This document shows, piece after piece, positions 13,125 through 24,603 of a stretch of DNA of 64,000 nt. Positions within the stretch are counted from its first letter, which is position 1. Each line of letters starts with the position of its first letter. The position numbers and the translations under genes were made by a program. The notes beneath the pieces were generated by a model. That model did not search any database. It was not told where the DNA came from and saw nothing but the letters and a program-made list of their open reading frames with translations. The DNA lies in the NCBI GenBank assembly GCA_973895155.1, contig OZ316892.1, positions 10,768,283 through 10,832,282 on the forward strand. The letters run 5' to 3'. The stretch comes from Marsupella aquatica. Its lineage: Eukaryota; Plantae; Marchantiophyta.

Positions 13125-13945
13125 TAGTTCATATTTGGCCAAGACAGGTCGTAGATCAGTGGTATATTAAACCCCGCACACGACTCACAACGATTAATAA
13201 TTTGGATTGATGAGACACCATGGGAGGATCCACACTGCTTTCAGGAGTTTTTCAGAATTGGTCCCCCTCTTCTTTTCTATATGTGTGAGCGCTACATGAT
13301 GATATGATCACATATCCTCCTGTTTCATTGCGAACCTGCCTAGTTGTCAGTTGTTGGTAATGAGGCAAGTTGCTCTTGCATTGAGACATTTGGCTACAGG
13401 GGACACATTTCTCACATTGGGTGAATTGTTTGGAGTTTCAAAGAGGTCTACTGTGAAAGTGACATGGAAATTCATTTCCTCTTTTCGTAGGAGAGCTGCC
13501 CATGTCATTCATTGGCCAGATGAGGCTGCAATTCTCCAAGTTAAACAAGGATTTCAAGATAGATGAGGTTTTCCAAATTGTTGTGGAGCTATTGATGACA
13601 CTCACTTTCGAATTGAGTTTCCATTTGGTGAAGACTCTACTCAATACTATGATTGGAAGCACAAGCTCTCAGTGTCCATGTAGGCAATATGTGACCAGAA
13701 ATTGAGGTTTTTATATGTATGTTGTGGGCTGCTAGGAAGCATTCAGGATACAAGATTGATGAGGATGTCCCGATTTTATTACCAAGTCACAGAACACCAT
13801 AGCCAATTGAGTGGGCCCCTATTCCGTTGTGAAGACAGCAAGATGCTGCAAGAGTACACTCTTGGGGATGCAGGGTACCCATTACTCCCTTGGCTAATTG
13901 TTCCATTTCCAAGAGGTGCTTCACAGCAGACTGATGTTTACCTCC
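13125..13945 (+). pseudogene. PIF/Harbinger (HARBI1/ALP1-like DDE) transposase pseudogene, 3'-truncated
   Basis: Translates WYIKPRT, FQEFFRI, QVALALRHLATGDTFLTLGELFGVSK, GFPNCCGAIDDTHF, GSIQDTR, LGDAGYPLLPWLIVPF. In-frame stops at ~13564 and ~13681; the third catalytic E region is absent. Confidence 0.92.
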
Positions 13946-14570
13946 ATGGAACCCTGCTCTAAGTCCATCACCAAGTGATTCTCGGATGAACCACACAACC
14001 TTGCGAGTCGGATAGGCTTACGATAACCTTTTTAATGTCCAAAACAAAGAGCCAAATATATACCAAAAATAATTTTAACGGTTCAGAATGGTCCTTGTTG
14101 GCTGCTGGGGTCCATCAGAATGTTTTATCAACATGATGGTCATGGGAGTTTCAGTTGGTGGGTGTAGTCCACAACTTGGAAACTGAAGCCCCCATGGACC
14201 TAAATGTTCGACAAATTCTCAGATGGACCAGAGAAACCCATATAGCACTTTTTGTTTGCAAAAACATCCATAAATTTTCTCTTCAACAGTAACCTGGTGC
14301 ATCTGGGTTGCAAGGTTCATGGGAGCTAGTGGTCTATCCAAGCATCACTGCGCACAATTTGAGACTCTGACTCTATTACATATATAGTCTACTACAGCAT
14401 AGAGCGGTTCTTCTTGAGGTATATGTATGATGGACCTCTAAATAAAAAGTCATGTTTGATGGACCTCATGAGTGATACAGACCCTTGAGAAGCCTTAAAT
14501 TAATGTCCCAAACATCTTAAAGGAATCCATCAAGGAACACATAGTTTTAGGGGTCCATATATCTCTTGTA
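13946..14570. mobile_element. GATGGACC/GGTCCATC-motif TIR/foldback element remnant truncating the transposase
   Basis: About 8 motif copies in both orientations. Hairpin arms at 14109-14158 and 14181-14229; 14420-14510 resembles the ends of the 7430-8590 element. Confidence 0.5.
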
Positions 14571-17333
14571 CTTCTTCTTAAAGGTGAACTTGGAATTCTG
14601 GATGTCCTAGCCTCACTGTGGTTGGAGTAGACATCTCGTTCAAGTGATCAAACGTGCACATATGACAATTTTGCACTTGACTAAAATGTCAAGTCCGGAA
14701 GGCAGTGAAAAGCAGAAAGCTGATGATACGATACTCGAGGACCCAAATCCGGGCCCAAATCTTTCTAAGGGACCTGACTCACGGTGAACAGGCCAGACAA
14801 AGAACTGAGAACCAGGTGGTCCCACAAAGAGAGTATCTTGTGTGGACAACAAGATACTACCAATGTTGCAACCTAAATTTCTTAGGTCCTGACGGTAGGA
14901 TCTCCCTAGATTTAAGCATGCCCATTAGGTTCTGCTTAATGTGGCCTGTGGCTAGGTGAGAAATTGACTAATGGAAGATAAACAGCTTAAAATTTTCTTA
15001 TTTTTCTTTTTCACCAGTGTGGCCAAAGTGACCCTTGTGTGCAAGGAGAAGAGGCTAGGAATGTTCTTTATCTCATTTTCTGAAATTAATTTTTGAGTAT
15101 CAAATCTCATTAGATTTAGGGATAACTATTAGAATTTTGGCTATTGGGGTTTTGTAAAGAGGTGGGAAACTGCCTACTTGACGACAGAAAATCTAGCAAT
15201 TTTGGCCATGTGGCTAATACAGTTTAGAGAGGTGTAATGTAGGGAATTTTCGCCACTAGAAAAGCCGAAGGTAAACCTAATACTTTTTTATGACAGCTGA
15301 AACGTAACGAATTCTCGTCAGTAAAAAAACCGCTGCGCCACAAGACACAAGGCCAGTCCTGCCTTTCATCATACAGTAGTGGTACGGTGACTCTGACCTA
15401 CCGTTAGTTACACAGTGTAACACAGCGCCACTGCGGACAGAGTGGAACGGGACTACGGGAGGGCAAATCTTGCCGGGAACACAATCGTGGGTCGCCGGCG
15501 ACTTTCGCTGTTACTGCGGACTAGTAGTAGTTTATTACCGACCAATTGGCATTATTTTCTGTGCCGTTTTGCATTTCATGTCACCGTCGTCTCAGGGCGG
15601 GAACTTCCGTACATCGGACAGTCCTAAGTACGGTTATACACCGCCCGCTCTGCTGTCCAGTACGGTCTGATATGGTAGACGATGAGAAAGGGTTGTACTG
15701 TATACGATAGGGCGGCTCTGGATCTCCGGTATGATACCGGTCTTACCGTATGTTGGCGGGAAGATGAGATGTACAGTAACCGTCACGTACTTGACGGTGT
15801 ACTGAATCTGAATTTCGAACATTATAACTCACTCTTTTGTTTTGTGGGAATGAAATGATGATGCCTTGGACAAGGCACACTTTTTTTTTGCCCTTACTAA
15901 AGTACCCAAAACTCGACTATTAACTAAATACTTCAAGTGGTTTCACGTATGGGAGATTCTGTCATTGTTGGATGGGCCTAAGGGAGAGAAGCTAAGGTGG
16001 GATCTTTGAACCAAAATGTGGGTCCTAATGTTGTTGCACATATTATTCCCAATGTGACACTCAAACATTGGTGGTTCTCTCTTGACTCTCTTGTGATTTG
16101 GAGCCGTTGATTCATATGTGGAAGGGCTGAATTCTATAGTGTTCATATTGATTTTTGACAGGTGCTCCATGCTGAATTACTTCCAATTTGTGTGGTCAAG
16201 TGGATGTCAATGATGGACCTACCAATGAAACATTTAAACAATTGAACATATGATCTACAACGGCCCACAGCTTAGGCTTATCTTGAACACATTACACTGG
16301 GCACTCATTGTTTGCAGGATGCTCTTTCCTTGGCAAGATTGATACTACTATCCCAATCACTATTCAACCACAGAAGTGCAACCTGGGTTTCGTCCTCATT
16401 CACAAGATGGTTAGTAGCATCTAGATTGAGAGTATACAATGCACATTTCCAGCCAACAGTGCCAGGTTTCCTCTGGGACACATTGTCCATAAGGTTACTA
16501 TGAACTTTCATGCTACTCTCAAATGTACTAGAAGTGTGGGAAGGGCCAGGAGCTTGAGTAAAAAATTGACAAATATCAATGACCACAGAGTCAGTATAAG
16601 AAATCCTACCAACAATGGTAGCATTACCATGCATGAGGCTTGAGTCTAGACATATACAGGTTTGGTTTGGTTTGATCTCCAATCTAGGGAAGCAATTAGT
16701 CAGGAGAGATGTGGTGCCCTGAATGATTGTGGGCAACATTGCCAGTTACAACAGTGCGGGATCATGACTAGGGATCATTTCACTCTCAACGATCCAACTT
16801 TCTATGGTACCTTATAACCCATGTGCAGTTTTGATGGAAGTGAGACCCCCAGGGACACTAGGGTTCCTGTATGAAGTACATGGTCAACGATACGTGGGAC
16901 ACCATATACAGTGATCTCTCTATAAGTGCACACTCCATGGAAGAAACCTTTGTTGTGCACTTAATGTTTGCACTACTTCATAAGTGAATACACTTTTAAT
17001 TTGCATTTCCAATTCCAATGGGACCTATGTTAAATTTTGTATTCCTGTCCTAAACCAGATCTGTTACTCTTTTAAAAGTTCTAAATAATTGTAAGTGGAA
17101 AGCATTGTGTGCTTATAAGTGTGCATAAACCCTCATAGAAGGTATAAACTTTTTTTTGTTGTCTTGAAAGGAAATGGGGAGGAAATACAATTAGACTCCC
17201 CCCATCCCAATGTGACAGTTTTTCTGTAGGGAACCCAGACCAGGGTGAGCCCCAACGGACCCGACAGGGACCCGCACCAGGAAGGAGAGAGAATTAAATC
17301 AGGGCCACAAAGTGGACGACCAGGGGCCAAATA

Positions 17334-17456
17334 GATAATCAAAACTCCAATCCACTATCCACGAAACCCATCCCCTCCACACACATATACCCTCCACACC
17401 CCAGACCTCTCAGTTCCAGGCAAATCCCCTAGCCAATTGACCTAAGCCAAATTGGT
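17334..17456 (+). repeat. Dispersed repeat fragment; inverted copy at 34641-34773
   Basis: CACACACATATACCCTCCACACCCC..AGACCTCTCAGTTCCA..CTAGCCAA..CTAAGCCA..TTGGT is shared. Possibly an LTR fragment. Confidence 0.75.
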
Positions 17457-18496
17457 TATAAAGTATAAACTTCCATATTTGTCGCTTATTGTCTAAACTG
17501 CAAAATGCTAGAAAAAGGGAAAGAAGGGACTTCTTGCAATTATCCAAATTTTGCATTTATGGATTGTGCAGTTAGAAAGAGGTCACTGTATCTCGTAAAG
17601 GTAATACCGATGAGTACATTTATCAAGGGCCGCGTCTCGAGCCACCACATCAAATACACACGAGACACTAGCGAAGTCACAAAGGAGCATAATAAATGTA
17701 CCTTAAAGTGTGAACATTGTGCATGTTTTAAATCGTGCGGGAGCTTATCATCTGTGCTTTTCCCCAATGGCGTTTTAGTTTCGTTCAAATTTTGATTGTT
17801 TCATAAATAATACATCCACGCTATCTTCGTTGTTAGTAATTTGAGCTCTGTGCATGTGGAACTTTAATTGACACCCCGCCAATAAGTGTGTCGAAAACTC
17901 ACCAATCCTAAAAATATAATCGCCCGAAATAGTAACAAATTTTACAAATATAAAAGAGTCCTCATAATGGTCTTCCAAATCCCAGTTCTGACAAGATCTT
18001 TAGTTCCGTCCATATACGAATCTGACGGATCAGAGTATAAACGGCCTCATTTCGAGCCCCGAGAAAATGATTAATTTATTCATTATGCGCGTCTGGTATC
18101 CCACAGAGTAACTACTGTATTGGAATGTGGGACTGTACGAAGTGTCGTATTCACTGCGCCGTAGTAATGTCTACCTTGACCGGGACAAGCACCGGTCCAA
18201 GCGGAAACACCAAAGCCAATACCACCGGTCCGTGCTGCATGTTGCCTCGAAGATGTTTTTTAACTGTTGTAGTTGCTTTGTGCAAAAGTGAAACAACAAT
18301 TTGCATCTTATCTCGACGATTTTTTATTGTAGTTGCTAGTGCGAAAACGAGACAACAATTACCTCCTTTTTTAATTACTCAGGTGCTCAGGTGATTAGTT
18401 ACTCAGTTAGAGAATTCCCAACCATGCCTGGTCGCTGTCGTCCAAAGTGACAAAACAACTCTGTAGCACCATGAGCTTACACAGTCACTCGCATAA

Positions 18497-18772
18497 AAGG
18501 GGAAGTGTCCAAGATTTATCACTTTTTCACATTCCTTCCTCTAGTGTGAGATTTTGTTCCAACTTCAGGAAAAATATATTAAAAATGGTCAACTTAGTGG
18601 ATCCAGGTTTTGTCATGACTAGTAGTGCTTTAAACCACCACTAACTATGACAAAAACCTGGTGTGACCAGGTTTCACTATTAATAGTCATTTCTTGAATT
18701 TGTGGAGCAATATGGAATGGGAGAGGGGAAAGTGAGATGAAAGTGAAAAAGAGAGAAATCTTGAGCATTTCC
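18497..18772. mobile_element. Two TIR ends of the TTAA-bounded element family joined at one TTAA (imperfect palindrome)
   Basis: GGATCCAGGTTTTGTCATGACTAGTAGTGCT-TTAA(18630-18633)-ACCACCACTAACTATGACAAAAACCTGG. Both arms match the termini of 32052-33317. Confidence 0.7.
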
Positions 18773-21700
18773 CCATTTTCCTTGTTCTATAGAATGAAGT
18801 TGCTATATAGTGAATCCATCTTTCAGTATTTTGTCTTATTTAAACTTCTTTTCTTTTGTATTTTAATTAAATGTGTCTTACCAAGGTGCATCCCTTGTAT
18901 ACTTTACATTTTGAATTTAATTTGGCACCCCTCTAAATTTTTCAATCTTTGATATACTTTTGATCATCAACCCTTTAACAAAGCTCACGGAAGTTCTAGC
19001 CCTTAGTGAAGAAGAAATGATCTAATTAAAATGCACTCCTCATGTCTTTAAGTTCTACTCATGGTTTTGTGTCCTAAATTTATGATTTTAATTCATTTGA
19101 GTGTCATTACCTAAGATAAGTACATAAATATCTATGTGCAGGATCCAATACCATAGACTTGAATTTTTCCTGTTCATTATTACTTTTCTTTACATGTGTG
19201 CTTTTATTTTTGTACCTTATGTGCACAACTTTTCAATGTCAGGCTTCCTAATCAATGTCCTATTTATATTACCACAAAAAAATTAGATTATCTGTATTTC
19301 ACTAAAAAACTTAAACTTTTTGCTAGAGGACAAAATAACTTTTCATGTTCCAGGATGAGTATGCTATAATGGTAATGGTGGTTTGAGGCTGACACTATAC
19401 CTCAGACTTTTTGTCTAAAGCCTAATGACAACCTGTTGTTGTCAATATCCCGTCCATATCCATAGGAGGTCCATATCCATAGGAGGTCTGATGGCAGGAC
19501 GAGTTTAGGCGGCCCCTCTAACTCACTCCTCCGGTCTGAATGTCATGAAATTGAAATCAAATTTGTGCACATTTTGCACTCACCCTCAACTTCATACACT
19601 GTGGTGGATCTGCCTGAAATGAAGTAAAACCCAAACCGTCATGTGCTGAATTTGTAGTACTGATGGGATATTAAAAACATATGTAAGTGCAAGGCAGGTC
19701 CTTCTTCCTCAGGTCTTCACATAGGCATAGTAGACTGTAGAGGGAAAGCTTGCCTAGAAACGCAGGCTATGCAACTGGCCAGAAACCTATTTCTCTGCAG
19801 GTGTAGGGTCTGTTTTGTAAAGTCAAGCTTAGCCAGTCTCTCTATCCCACTTGGCAATGGGAGAGTGGCTACACTCGACTGAAGAAAACACAAGTGACAA
19901 TTCTGCACTTTTAGTGTCCTTAGTTGGCAATGGGTGGGGCCTGTTATTCGTTTCTATTTGTTTATTTTTTGTCAAGAAATACAGATCATCTCCATAGGTT
20001 AATATTTCTGTTCAGTTGACTACTCCATTATTTCCACATTTTCCACATTCACTCCTTTATTTAAAGGGTTTCTTTCTCTTTGGGATCTGTCTCCCCGAAT
20101 GACACCTTTTTTTTCCAGGCACCCAGTATGGCATCTTTGTTCTTTGCAGGATTTTCGATGTAAGAAATGTGGACTCAACTTAAGATTCAATGATTTTTTA
20201 TTGTTGCGTAGTTGGTAGTTGTTCAACAACTTTTGGATACTTTTGTGCCCTTTTTCTCAGTAATGGACATAGTTACTGTATTACATGTGAAGTGTCAGAA
20301 TGGTGTGCAAGAACAATAGCTATTGTGGCAGTGTTTATGTTACCACTAGCTTGTATGCCCAGCGTAATGTTCTCAACGTTGACTACCGTAATCGGGCCGG
20401 TTTCCACTTACACCCAAACTACAGCTGTGCCCCAAGAGTCATTATAGATTGTATTCGTCCTTATCCTAGCTTTTCACTATATATTAGATACATTATCTTG
20501 GGCCAGTAATTGTCTTGGCTTACGGGTAAACTGCTGGTTCCTTCAGGCCTGACTCAATTCTGTTTTTGCCATTTACTTGTCATTGATAAGTCCATTCAAA
20601 AACAGAAAAACGAAATGGGCATTGAAATATTTCTATAAAATTCATTCACTAGGGGTTCTGAGACGTCAAAACTTGATACACTAACTATTGTTAAGTCTAG
20701 AAAAATTATGGACTACCAAAACTCATAATCCTTAAATTCCCCCCCCCCCCCCCTAAAGAATGGTCATATGCCACTCTAGAGCCTAGGTCTTTATGGCCAA
20801 AACTCATCACCCTTAACTATGAAAAGCTTTATGTCTATTGATTATGCGCAAATCTCTTACTCCACATTCGTTCGTGTCAGTGTTCATTGTGAGAAAAAGC
20901 ATCTTCACTTTTGGCAATTGGGCTGCAGCCCTGTGGGTCCGGTTCCTCCCTAGTTCTCCACTGGGTGCACTTGTTTTCCTGACATTCTCCTCTTTACTGT
21001 GAATAGATATACTCTCATCAACCTGGCTATTGGTTTGTTGTTAACATATTTTTCCTTTGAAATTGTGTCTGACGAGATATTCCGATGGATCACTGTAATA
21101 CGTTACGTGAACAACTATGATTGAATATTTTTGACATTTTGGGGCGAAGTGCATTAGTAGCGAGGCTGTCCATATTTGCGGGTTGCTTCCTTAGCCTTGG
21201 GCACCTGATATAGATATAAATACTAAGAATGAGACTGATATTTTGTCTAGCTGGGTTCTGGGGCGGACAGTCTGTGTGCCGAGGTGGAGGTATTGTGTAA
21301 AGTCCCCAAGAAGACACACTCGTTTCTTCTACACAAACCTTGCCCGAAAGTTATGTTCTACAAAGCTCTTGACACATAAAAAAAGGATGTCATTCTAGTT
21401 TGCATGTGGGTAGAGGCTGGCAGGGGCAGAGAGTCTGGATGAAATAAATGCACTTCCAGGGATTTGCATCGCTCACCTCTTTTGGGGCCAAAAAGTGTTT
21501 GGTCTACTAAAATGTCTCTAGTCTACCTGAGCATTAAATTCATCTTAATGTATGGTAGAAAGCAAATACCCCAAAAAGACGAAGGCATCAATTTCATCTC
21601 ATCTCACAATGGTAGAAAAAAGACAGCAGAAAAAGCATCACTTTTTTTTATCCTACCGTGGGAGGAAAAATATGTTTAATTAACTCAAAAAGGACAAACC

Positions 21701-22559
21701 ATCAATTTAATTCATCGCAGCTACAGTCGACTCTTCCCTAAATACAGATTACTGTCAGGAAGCCAAGCCCGTGCACGTAATGTAGTTTGCATTATGCGAT
21801 AAACCCACAATTTCATGCTTGCACTTCATAGTAGACATGATAATTCTTGAGTGCCTTGACCTTCAGGCATTCCCTTTCCCGATGTCCCTTTTCACATTGT
21901 CATCTCATCTTCACTTGGGATTCTAGTGCCATCCTAAGCCATTCAGTGGCCCTCAGATTGTACCTCCTTATTGTAAACCCTTGTCAAGTATAAAAAAACT
22001 GCAACACAGCTGACACAAAATTGGCATGCATTCAAAATTACATATTTTTTCAATTAGTTGAGCCCTCTTTGCACTTATAAGGACCGCAAAAAGTGCAAAA
22101 TAGCTGGAAAGAAGTGTGACGGTCCAGACTCCTTGCAATTAGCCTGGGTGCGCACATTACGTGGAGTGTGCACCACACCAGCATTTGTTTTACTGGAAAA
22201 TTTGGCTTTCTAGCGGCAACATTGGATAGATTCCAACTCTGGACTCTGGAAAAAGTCTTTGCCACTTTTTGTCCAAAATTCTTCACTTAGACAGTTTTCT
22301 ATCTTTAAACTACGGAGTTCTGACAGTTACAAATTAATCTAGACAAATTAGATAAAGAAGATCCTTAGGGTTTCTTTTACACAAGGCGACATTCGCCAAG
22401 AAAAAGCCTACGCTGATGTGCACTTACGGAGAGCCGACTTTACACGAGGTTAACAGGAACATACAAAGAACAAAAGAATACTTTGCCGTCTCTGTACCAC
22501 ACCCTACACAAGAAAACGACGCGACAAGTTACGGAGGGAAAGAGAGAGGCGGCCCGACA

Positions 22560-22712
22560 ACAAGAGGCGGGACCGCCGGGTTATCAGGGGCGAATGTCGA
22601 GTGTGGGACCGGGCGACTCAGGGGTCCGAGGCCCGACACGCCGGTCTCGGGATGGCGTGGGCCCGAACACATCGCGGATCCGAGGCCCGACACGCTGGTC
22701 CCGGGGGGCCCT
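22560..22712 (+). promoter_or_regulatory. CpG-rich putative promoter of the STICHEL-like gene with repeated GGCCCG motifs
   Basis: CCGAGGCCCGACACG twice plus further GGCCCG/GGGCCC (site-II-like) motifs, directly upstream of a ~1.9 kb GA-rich region leading to the ATG. Confidence 0.35.
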
Positions 22713-23043
22713 GTGACACTGAATGACATGTTCCTCCGTTTCGGTGCCCGTCGTGATTTTGTCGTGCGGGTCTGCTCACTGGGGCAAAGGCTGCGCTGTT
22801 GAATGCATATCTCATCAGCAGCAGCAGCAACCCAGCGTCCCAGCAACTAACACCAGTCCTGTCCGAATGCGGTGTTCTGATACGGTGGTACGATTCTCGA
22901 GGAGAGAGAGCGGAGATTATAATTATTGAGACACGGATTGGAGTCATTTCACCGGGAAAAAAAAAGTGGAAAGGAGATCCGTACCTTTGGAGTGACAGGG
23001 AGTACTGGGAGGGATTGGACTGGACGACTACTACTAGAGACTT

Positions 23044-23432
23044 GACGGAGGGATCCGAGACTGGAGTGAGAAAGGGGTGGAAGAGGAGGATAGAGGCGAA
23101 CGAACTTTCGTTCGACAATCGTAGAGAGGGAGAGTGAAGCTTCTGACTAGACTGTGGGGTTTGGAATGAATTGATTGATTATTCAATCTAGAGGAGAGGA
23201 GACGACGAGAAAGGAGTTGGAGATGAAACGGGAGCCGAGTAAAATAGGATTATTGATTGAACGAGAGAGAACGGAGGGGGGACCGTACGACGGTTGGCAA
23301 GCGACAGGAGGAGACGGAGGGATCCGAGACAGGAGCGATTGATTGAGAAATGGGGCTGCAGAAAAAGCAAACAAAGCTTTTCGTTCGGTCGTCGAGAGGG
23401 AGGTTTCTAGCTCTGTAGTATGACTAGTGACT
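23044..23432. repeat. Diverged direct repeat upstream of STICHEL-like CDS
   Basis: GACGGAGGGATCCGAGAC at 23044 and 23313, each followed by CTTTCGTTCG..GAGAGGGAG..TGACTAG. Confidence 0.65.
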
Positions 23433-24603
23433 TTCTCGAGGAGACGGGGCAGAGAAACTGAGAACCTGCTGCTGCAGCTTCGATCTGGATTCACGAACGA
23501 TCAGCTGACCTGTTATGTTAGTGAGTGAATGATGGATATGGAATGGGGCGGGTCTTGTGATGGCGGCGGGGAAGATGCACGGAGTTGAATGAATTGGTTG
23601 GAGAGGAGAGAATGGTTTTTGTTGGGTGGTGGGTGGGTCGGTATCGTTGATGGTGGTTCCACAGCAATGCGACGTGGTAGATATGTGTGATGACGGACGG
23701 AGAAGGAGTCACAATACTTCAGGCTGCTTCTTGCGAGTGTCGGTCGTCGGTCCTTCACGGGAGGAGTTAAATTCATTCAATAGCTCATTGCGTGGAAGGA
23801 AAGGAACGTGGTGCTTGATTGATTGATGGGTCGATTGGCCAGAGCCGAAAGGGACTGGACGCGAGCGAGAAGATCGACAATGGATTGTGAAGAAGTTGAG
23901 CCATGTTTCGTTATTGTGGTCAGCCCAATCCATCAGATCACATTGGAGGACAGGAGGTACTCGAAACAGTGGCAGGATGACGGCTCCTCTCAGCACTCGG
24001 TTCGCTCTGCGATTGGGGAGAGCTAGTGAGTCAGTGGGATGAGGAAAATGACTCTGGAATTCGATTGTGGTTGTTGGAGTCTTGGCTTAGGAGTCTTGAC
24101 GATGTGACAAGATGAAGACTTTGAACTGTAGGGTCTCTCGTATTTCCTAGGATAATGGCATAGCCGAAGCCGGACTGGATTCGGGCTAGCCCGAGGAACG
24201 TAGAGAGGAACTGTGGGGAGACACGATAATAGCAAAGGAGAGCTACAGAGATTGACTCTGTCCCCTGAATTTTAGATCGAGCAAGCTTCACCGGGTTGTC
24301 AAGAAATGGAACCCGGTTCCTAGTATTTTCTGCACCGGAAAGAATTTTAATGCCGGATTGTTGTAAATCTCTTGCCTTGCAGAGTGGTCAATCGAGATGC
24401 CAGTAGGAGCTTCCTGAAGTCAAAACCATGTCTACGCACTTGCACTCTGCTCTTCTCTCTGTGGCTGGGCTGCTCCGTCCACCTTCAATGAGCGAAGTAA
24501 AGGAAATACCCCGCATTCTTCCGTCATTCTTCCTGTGTTGACAAAGGTCCATCATTCTCTACTCTCCAGTATAAGTTGAATTTTTCGCCCCCATTCCCAC
24601 CCA

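Noticed and set aside
15943-16739. 144-aa and 75-aa minus-strand ORFs
   Set aside because: No recognisable motif; CpG-depleted context suggests a decayed TE.
22416-24291. Cluster of 60-166 aa ORFs upstream of STICHEL-like
   Set aside because: Low-complexity GC/GA-rich promoter and leader sequence, with no recognisable domains.
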